Source: Bryobacterales bacterium (GTDB taxonomy: Bacteria > Acidobacteriota > Terriglobia > Bryobacterales > UBA6623). Taken from it: a stretch of 64,000 nucleotides of DNA. The notes below the pieces were generated by a model. It searched no databases, had not been told where the DNA came from, and was given only the letters and a program-made list of their open reading frames with translations. The position numbers were made by a program, and so were the translations under genes. Of the stretch, positions 57,578 to 64,000 are shown piece by piece. Each line of letters begins with the position of its first letter. Position 1 is the stretch's first letter. The stretch lies in assembly GCA_963422375.2 (NCBI GenBank), contig OY729428.2, forward strand, positions 1 through 64,000, read 5' to 3'.

Positions 57578-58636
57578 TCAGCGCCTCCTCGGGTATCGCA
57601 GTACACCACGGGTTCCGCCGACTTGGGCACCCAGTACCCGGCCTCCGTCGGCTATGACGCCCTCCGCGCCACTCGTTACCCGGCGCAGATCCGGGCGGGG
57701 ATCGGGGATGAACGATTCCACCTCTCCAGTTAGGGCGTCGCCGACGTAGATGCCGCGCAGAAAACCGGGATTCCGGGGACTTCCCGCGGCTCCGGGATCG
57801 AAGCCGGAGTCCGAATCCGCGACGTAGATCCGATCATCCGAATCGATGTAGATCCCGCTCGGCGAGCCGAATTGCGTCCAAGTGGCCAGGTGCGCGCCGT
57901 CCTGCGTCAGAACCTGAATCCTCTGATTGGCCCTGTCGCCTACGAACAGGCGGCCTTGGGTGTCCATTGCGAGCGCGTGAATCCCCCGAAATTCCCCCGG
58001 CCCGGTGCCTTCCCTGCCCCACGCACCTACGAAGCGACCGTCCGGAGCGAAGCGGACGATGCGGTTGTTCCCGCCATGCCCGTGGTTGTGGCCGTCGGCC
58101 ACGAAGACGCCGCCCTCCGGTGACACCAGTACGTCGGACGGGCAGCGGAACAGGCGGTCGCTCTCGCCGGGCACCCCGGCCGTCCCAAGGCTCATCAGCA
58201 GCTCGCCCTCGGCGCTGAACTTGTGTACTTGGTGCCCTTTGCCACCCTCTCGTCCGGTCTCGCAGTCCGTGTGGACGGCGTCGGTCACCCACACGTTGCC
58301 ACCGAGGTCAACATGGATTCCATGCGGCCAGATGAACAGTCCCGCGCCGAAGCTGCGGACGAAGCGCCCATCGGCCTCGAACAGCAAGATGGGGTCGAGA
58401 TCGCTGTCCCTGCAGTGGCCTCCGGCGCAGCGCTCGGCCACCCAGACCCCTCCCGTGAGCCGACCGTCGCCGTCCCGATGAGGGTAGATGGCGCTCGTCG
58501 AGCCCCAGCTCCGTCCGACGGGAAGCGTCCCCCACGGCTCCCCGGGGCCGAAAGGGTTCGGCAGGTCCGACTGGGCCGCCGCCGGCTTCCCTGCGACGAG
58601 GGCCAGCAGCAGTCCCAGGGCGGCAAGCAATCCCAT
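57578..58636 (-). CDS. NHL-repeat beta-propeller (peptidyl-alpha-hydroxyglycine lyase-like) exported protein
   Basis: Signal peptide; WPHGIHVD..GNVWVTD, GHQVHKFS, PSDVLV..G.VFVADG, LFVGDRANQRIQV. Confidence 0.85.
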   Translation of the reverse strand: MGLLAALGLLLALVAGKPAAAQSDLPNPFGPGEPWGTLPVGRSWGSTSAIYPHRDGDGRLTGGVWVAERCAGGHCRDSDLDPILLFEADGRFVRSFGAGLFIWPHGIHVDLGGNVWVTDAVHTDCETGREGGKGHQVHKFSAEGELLMSLGTAGVPGESDRLFRCPSDVLVSPEGGVFVADGHNHGHGGNNRIVRFAPDGRFVGAWGREGTGPGEFRGIHALAMDTQGRLFVGDRANQRIQVLTQDGAHLATWTQFGSPSGIYIDSDDRIYVADSDSGFDPGAAGSPRNPGFLRGIYVGDALTGEVESFIPDPRPDLRRVTSGAEGVIADGGRVLGAQVGGTRGVLRYPRRR

Positions 58637-59298
58637 GCGTCCATCCTCTCACGAGGCAGGTCGTAACTCTGCGCGACCAGTTGATCGAGCTGGCTCGCCG
58701 CGGCCGGTCGGGGCCGTGGTCCGGCTCGATTCAAGCGAACGAACAAGCCCCAATCTCATTCTATGCTGGCCTTGAATGTCCGAAAGGCAAGGACCAGATG
58801 CTGAGGAGTTGGTCGCAATATATGAATCCCGATCTCGTCAGATCAAGAGTAATGAAGCCTTACCGTCATCGTGCTTCCGGGGCTTGGATTCACGCAACTG
58901 AATCTATCGATTCACAAGCCTCTGGATCTCCGGAAATCGCTTGCTGTTAGGAGGTTTATTGAACGCAGTTGATCTTTTTCGGTCATGTCGATCCGTTGCT
59001 CACCACGCCATGGCTGACGCTGCACCTCGGTTCGCAATGGACCAAGTCGCGAGATCGAGATCGCGTGCCTCGAGAGCGACGCTCCGGCTCGCATGCTGCG
59101 CGAGCCGGATCCAGGCCGTCGCGCCGGTTCGCTGGGGCCGCGACTCCGTCATCTCGAGGGTCGCTCGAAGGGCAAGCGGCCGGGCGGCCTCACTCGGTTG
59201 AACGAGGCATGGCAAGAGCCCGACCCGCCCGCTCGAAGTCCGGGCCTTGCACGCGGTCCTGCGGCCCGGAGTAGGATGGAAGCACGGAGAGCGCTTCC

Positions 59299-59760
59299 TT
59301 GGAAACGGGGCCACGCGGATCGAGCGCCTTGGCGTCCTCGGATGCACCGGCCTTCCGTGTGTCCGAGTACGCCGAGACGATCCTCCTAGGCAGGAGCGAC
59401 ACCGAAAGGTATCGCATGCTCGTTTGCGACCTGCCGCGACGCTTCCACGCCGCGTCGCCCGATGTCCGGGCCCGCTGCCTGGCCGATCCACCTCCTCTGA
59501 CTTCGACCCGCTGGGACGCTCTGCTCGCAGCGGTTGCCGAGCACGTGGCGATCCTGCACGGCTGCTCGATTCCCAGCTGGTGCGACGAACCCGAACGGCA
59601 CCTGCGCATCCCGTGGGCCCCTCTCTCCGAGCTCTCGGGCGGCGCCCCGTCGTCGGCATGGATCGACGCGCCGGGTGCGTTCGTGCGACATGGAGTCCTC
59701 ATCGATCCTGCGAGTCTCGACGCTCGCGGCGGCGAGCGCGAGTACGGTTGCCTGATCTAG
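59299..59760 (+). CDS. Conserved hypothetical partner of DUF6036 nucleotidyltransferase (putative antitoxin)
   Basis: PPLTSTRWDALLAAVAEH...PSW...ER.L..PW...PGAFVRHGVLI pattern; immediately upstream of the NTase. Start uncertain. Confidence 0.6.
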   Translation: METGPRGSSALASSDAPAFRVSEYAETILLGRSDTERYRMLVCDLPRRFHAASPDVRARCLADPPPLTSTRWDALLAAVAEHVAILHGCSIPSWCDEPERHLRIPWAPLSELSGGAPSSAWIDAPGAFVRHGVLIDPASLDARGGEREYGCLI

Positions 59761-59784
59761 GCAGCGGACGACGAGGGACGCGCA

Positions 59785-60357
59785 ATGCTGGCCTTGTCCG
59801 GCCCCGAGATTCGCGAAGCGCTTGAAGAGCTTTCGATCGAGCTGAGTCGGGCGAACGTCAAGGCTCGTCTCTATCTGGCAGGAGGCGCCGCGATCGCCTT
59901 GGCGTTCCGCGCCAGCCGCCGGACCTACGACTTGGACGCGCTGATCCTCGAGGGGCACGGCCCGCTGATCGAGGCCGTTAGGCGCGTCGCCGGGCGCAGG
60001 GGCTGGCCCCAGTCGTGGCTGAACGAGCAAGCGGTAGCGTCGATGCCGAAGTCCCCCGACCTCAGAGCCAGAACGCTCTTCGGCACCTCCAGCCTGGTGG
60101 TGACCGGGGCGTCAGCCGAGCACCTGCTGGCGATGAAGGTGCGCGCCGGCAGGGTGCAGGACCTCGAGGACATCGCCGTCCTGTGCGAGATCCTCGGAAT
60201 CGAGTCGGAGCGCTCTGTCTTGGAAGTTCATGACCGAGTGTTTCCGGACAGCCGCGTCCCGCCGCGAGCCATGCACGCGGTCAGGCGGTTTCTGGCGAAG
60301 CGCTGGCCCAGCGACGGGGCGAACTCGACCGATTCGGAACCGGACTCCGCCGGATAG
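59785..60357 (+). CDS. DUF6036-like Pol-beta-superfamily nucleotidyltransferase (AbiEii/MenT-related fold)
   Basis: YLAGGAAIAL...RRTYDLDA (GG...T.D.D), WLNE, HLLAMKV.AGR.QDLEDI. Confidence 0.75.
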   Translation: MLALSGPEIREALEELSIELSRANVKARLYLAGGAAIALAFRASRRTYDLDALILEGHGPLIEAVRRVAGRRGWPQSWLNEQAVASMPKSPDLRARTLFGTSSLVVTGASAEHLLAMKVRAGRVQDLEDIAVLCEILGIESERSVLEVHDRVFPDSRVPPRAMHAVRRFLAKRWPSDGANSTDSEPDSAG

Positions 60358-60454
60358 GCACCCTTCCCCGCTCGCACCCGGCACGGCGCCTGCGGCGCTG
60401 CAGACTCGGCAGCGCGGTCCGGTGGTCTCGGCTCGCTTGCATACACTGAGAACC

Positions 60455-61966
60455 GTGCATCTCCGAACGGTCCCCGTCGTCGCCCTGCTCGCGCTGTCCT
60501 GTGCGCGGCTCGGCGCACAGGACGACAACCAGCTGGTCGCGGACGTTCGCATGTTCGCGGTTCTCGCCGCGATCAACGTCGGAGGCTACGACGAAGGCTT
60601 GAATGCCGAGGCGGCCAGCCCGGTGCGGGTGGCGCTGCGCGAGGATCTCGATTCCATCGACTCCGGCATGAGGTCGCGACTCCGGACGTTCTACGAGCAA
60701 CACAGGCTTGACGATCCCGAGCTCGACCTGTCGCAGTACATTTCCTTTTCCCTGATGTGCGGAGAGCCGCCGTACTTCGATCTGCGGGCCGAGGTGCCGA
60801 CGGACCTGCCGCTCGACATCCGGCCGATACGCGGGCTCTCGGGCCTGCTGCGGGAGTTCTACGAGGTAGCAGACATCGAGGCTCTCTGGAACAAGTACTT
60901 GCCGGCCTACGAGCGGGAGATGCTGCGGTACCAAGACGCCTTGATCGAAGCGGTATACGAGATCAACGGCTACCTGCGCATGCCCTCCTCCAGCCGCGAG
61001 ACCCGGGGCTTCCGGGTCTACTTCGACCTGCTAGCCGCCCCCGGCAACATCAACATGCGTTCGTACGGCGGCGACGTCAAGGTCGTGATTCATTCGTCGT
61101 CGGAACTGCGAGCCGAGGAGATCCGGGCAGCCTACCTCCTGCACCAGCTCGACAGGCTCTCCATTCGGTACGCCGAATCGGTAGCCCGGAAGGAGAGCCT
61201 TGCGCGCTTCGCCATCTATGCCCCGGCCTTGGACGATGCCTACAAGACCAACTTCCAGCTGCTGCTCACCAAGTCGCTCGCCCACGCCGCGCAGGCTCGC
61301 ATGCGCTACGAGAGCGAGAAGCGCAAGCAGGAGCGCATCGCGGAGCACCTGCGGCAGGGGTTCCTCCTCGCACCGTACTTCTACGAAGCGCTCGCGGGGT
61401 ACGAGTCGCAGCCCCAGTCGCTTCGCCGGTACTACGAAACGATGGTCGGCGGCATCAACCTGCGCCGCGAAGCGGCCCGCATCCAGGAGGTGAAGTTCGC
61501 GGAACGAACGACAGCGCGGCCAACAGCGGCCCCGCGCCGCGTGGCGCGGCCGCAAGTGTCGGAAGCGGAGAGGCTGCTCTCGCAGGCCGAGGGCCTCTTG
61601 CAGCTGAACGAACTCGATCGCGCCAGGCAGGTCTACGAGCAGGTACTGGCAGGAGAGGGCCCCGGCCGCGGCCAGGCCAGTTACGGCCTCGGGCGGGTCG
61701 CGCTCGACGAGGCCGATCCAGACCTAGCGCTCGAGCATTTCGCCAACGCAGCCGAGCAGGCCGAGGACGCGCGAATCCGAGCCATGTCCCACGTTTACAT
61801 GGGCCGGATTCAAGACATACTCGGCTACCGGGAACTCGCTATCGAGCACTATCGGAGCGCGCTCGACTCTGGCGACACTTCACCGATCGTTCGGAATTTT
61901 GCGCAACAGGGACTCGAGCGGCCGTTTACCGGCATGGAAGAAGAGGACAGCGCCGAGGAGCTCTAG
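60455..61966 (+). CDS. Exported protein with C-terminal TPR repeats
   Basis: Signal peptide from GTG 60455; MFAVLAAINVGGYD; TPRs at the C-terminus (ASYGLGRVAL, SHVYMGRIQD). Confidence 0.75.
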   Translation: MHLRTVPVVALLALSCARLGAQDDNQLVADVRMFAVLAAINVGGYDEGLNAEAASPVRVALREDLDSIDSGMRSRLRTFYEQHRLDDPELDLSQYISFSLMCGEPPYFDLRAEVPTDLPLDIRPIRGLSGLLREFYEVADIEALWNKYLPAYEREMLRYQDALIEAVYEINGYLRMPSSSRETRGFRVYFDLLAAPGNINMRSYGGDVKVVIHSSSELRAEEIRAAYLLHQLDRLSIRYAESVARKESLARFAIYAPALDDAYKTNFQLLLTKSLAHAAQARMRYESEKRKQERIAEHLRQGFLLAPYFYEALAGYESQPQSLRRYYETMVGGINLRREAARIQEVKFAERTTARPTAAPRRVARPQVSEAERLLSQAEGLLQLNELDRARQVYEQVLAGEGPGRGQASYGLGRVALDEADPDLALEHFANAAEQAEDARIRAMSHVYMGRIQDILGYRELAIEHYRSALDSGDTSPIVRNFAQQGLERPFTGMEEEDSAEEL

Positions 61967-61993
61967 GATGCGTCTGGAAGCCGTCTCTTGGCG

Positions 61994-63496
61994 TCATGCC
62001 ATCCATGGTTCGGGCATGCGCAGTCGCAGTCCGCGAGCATCGGCCGTGGAAGGATCGAGAAAGGCATTGCATCCCTTGAGTTCCTCTTGCGCCTTGTCGA
62101 TTGAAGACCAGTCTACAGACCTTGTCCATTTTTGCGCATAATCAAGGACGCGAACCAGCGGTTCGGCCCTACGATTCTGAGATAGGCCTTTGAGCGCCTG
62201 AATGTAATCCTCGCGGAACACGGTCGGAATGACGATGCGTTGCTCGTTTGACCGTTCTAATTCGGCATTCATCATGATTCGTGCGACTCGGCCGTTTCCG
62301 TCCGAAAATGGATGAACTTCAGTAACGAGGAACATCACGAAAACTGCGCGATCAAAGGGTGTCACTAGGCTGCGGTAGAATTCGAATCCCCTCTCGATGG
62401 TTCCGGTTACTAAGTCGGGCGCAACGAAGATTGTCGAACCCGCTCTATTGGCCGATTGCTTGAACTCTCCAGGCTGCAGTTCGGGTCGGCCTGCCATCAC
62501 CGTGGCATGGCGGTCCTTGAGAAGCCCGATAGCCTCCCTGTAGGTACGAGGACTTCGATTCATTTCGTCGGAGTTCGAAACGACTTGCCATGTCCCGACG
62601 ATGTCGTGAGCGTCGGCAGATCTCCCCATTGGAATCGTCCCGCGCAATACGATGTCCTCAGCTTCTTCGACGGAGAACTCAATCCCCTCGATGAAATTGG
62701 AGAAGTAAGCCTCGAAGAAATGAAAGACCTTGCTTGCGTCCGCATTCTCTTGACGAGATATGCGGCTGACCGGCGGACGCTGGCGGAGCGTGGATTGCAG
62801 GCTCTGGAACAATTCCAATCGCGCAGGGTCGTAGGGCCGTCCCCACCGCCTTGCAACCGCCGCCGACGCCCGCAGCCGGGCCTTCCGCGTTCCGAAGAAG
62901 GCTCCAATCAGAGAATCAAGGGCTTCTGCTTCCTGCTTCATCCCCAAGCTGGCGCCCACTTCACTGATTTGGTCCCGCAAGCGGTTCAGGTTGTCTTCGC
63001 CTGACCGGCGGACGAACTCCTCGAGACGCTCTTCGATCTCGGAGCGGGAGAGCGTGCGGCGGACACGGCCGCTCCTCGTTCGGGAATTCCGCATGTTCTC
63101 CACGTAGGCCCGCGCCGGCGAACTGAGGCGGAGTTGACCGTGAAACGGCAGGTCCGTAGCAAGCGCCGGCGCTCCGCGCCTCGGTCGCAGGACAATGCCC
63201 GGGAGACGGATGTCGCGACCGCTGTCGCTAACGAGACAGACCGATCCATCGTCTGCTGGACGGCACTCAAACGCAGTCCGGTCCGCGACTAGCGCCTGCG
63301 GAAAATACCCTGCGACGATGTCCCAGAGGTTCCGGCGAACGACGGTCTCGGGTGAGTCCCTCAGATTCCGGGTGTAGAGTCGGGATGCCAGCTTGCGGAG
63401 CGCCCCCGCCTTCACCGCCCGCCAGACCTCGCGACGGATGGCCGCGCTGACCACGAAGGCTTCGGGCATCTTGCCAAGAGGGCGCATTGCGGGCAT
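61994..63496 (-). CDS. Fic-family protein (AMPylase) with N-terminal extension
   Basis: Canonical HPFSDGNGRVAR; inhibitory-helix motif SNFIEG upstream; GC lower than neighbours. Start 63496 or 63469. Confidence 0.88.
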   Translation of the reverse strand: MPAMRPLGKMPEAFVVSAAIRREVWRAVKAGALRKLASRLYTRNLRDSPETVVRRNLWDIVAGYFPQALVADRTAFECRPADDGSVCLVSDSGRDIRLPGIVLRPRRGAPALATDLPFHGQLRLSSPARAYVENMRNSRTRSGRVRRTLSRSEIEERLEEFVRRSGEDNLNRLRDQISEVGASLGMKQEAEALDSLIGAFFGTRKARLRASAAVARRWGRPYDPARLELFQSLQSTLRQRPPVSRISRQENADASKVFHFFEAYFSNFIEGIEFSVEEAEDIVLRGTIPMGRSADAHDIVGTWQVVSNSDEMNRSPRTYREAIGLLKDRHATVMAGRPELQPGEFKQSANRAGSTIFVAPDLVTGTIERGFEFYRSLVTPFDRAVFVMFLVTEVHPFSDGNGRVARIMMNAELERSNEQRIVIPTVFREDYIQALKGLSQNRRAEPLVRVLDYAQKWTRSVDWSSIDKAQEELKGCNAFLDPSTADARGLRLRMPEPWMA

Positions 63497-64000
63497 TCCT
63501 TGAGGTCCCTCCCGATCTAGTATCCAGCAAGCGGACATTTCGTCAAACAGCAAAGCCAAGATGCGACATTCTATGATTGAGCGGTCCGCGCTCTAGGCCT
63601 TGAGCGGGTGCAGCTTGCTGCGGACGACAGGCGAACGCCTCGGAGCGATCGCCCTGTCGGGCGGCTTGATGAGGATCACTCGCGGCGAGACCGGGCCTCG
63701 GGACTTGTCGGCCCGGCCGTCCTCGCGCCTGAGCACGGCATCGACCGCGTACACCTTGGACACGAGGTCCGGTAGGCACCGAGCGACTTTTCCCGCCGTA
63801 CCAGTCCCGCACGCCCCCAGAAGCGGACATTCCGCTGGTTAGAACGGAGTAGATCGGACTTTCGCAGGTGTAACGCGGCATCGAGCGAGGCTCGCCTGTT
63901 CGAGCCACGCACGGAGTGCGACGGCTACCTCGGCGCGCGAGTCTGTGCCGTCCCGAAGGCCGGGGCCGCACTGCCGCAGCGGCACACCCGACGCAGCGGA

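Noticed and set aside
63594..63810. Possible HigB-like toxin fragment (KLHPLK on the minus strand)
   Set aside because: Only a six-residue resemblance, without the rest of the fold or an antitoxin.
1..64000. CRISPR array, cas genes, rRNA, group II intron, retron or DGR
   Set aside because: No regularly spaced direct repeats, no cas or reverse-transcriptase motifs, and no rRNA-like sequence were found by eye.

Overview
A GC-rich 64-kb bacterial window. The gene families (Oar-like TonB receptor, DUF3108, ASPIC/UnbV+TPR, short AccA, BMC-type aldehyde dehydrogenase) suggest Acidobacteriota (Bryobacterales-like), possibly host- or sponge-associated; this placement is inference. Core blocks: erpA-methyltransferase-YncE-ileS-rlmN-[tnpB]-metE-like; plsB-like; NTP transferase-pgm-tRNA-Ser(GGA); amidohydrolase-metal-binding protein-accA. 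These are interleaved with heavily decayed accessory DNA. (i) A nest of four mobile elements three levels deep at 3.8-8.1 kb, each with TIRs and TSDs readable in the sequence, lies between two convergent AAA+/PD-(D/E)XK paralogs. (ii) A two-gene microcompartment satellite (BMC-H plus an acylating ALDH with candidate tandem encapsulation peptides). (iii) An in-frame collapsed OLD-TOPRIM/UvrD (Gabija-like) relic. (iv) A Slam (T11SS) plus TonB receptor pair with no recognisable cargo gene. (v) A conjugative-element relic (VirD4-like N-terminus, VirB11/TrbB, ArdC). (vi) An Rpn gene split by IS5-like and ISAzo13 elements, next to an astacin protease. (vii) A second IS pile-up at 53.6-56.6 kb. (viii) A DUF6036 nucleotidyltransferase pair and a Fic protein. 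The most unusual items are a TnpB-derived ORF locked by ATGA overlaps into the rlmN-metE operon, a type-2 IleRS with HNGH/KESKS motifs and a double-psi-barrel-like insertion, a 255-bp MITE whose likely autonomous partner family is in the same window, and a promoter-bearing two-hairpin ncRNA downstream of tRNA-Ser. No CRISPR array or rRNA was seen. All family assignments are by eye from motifs; no database searches were run.
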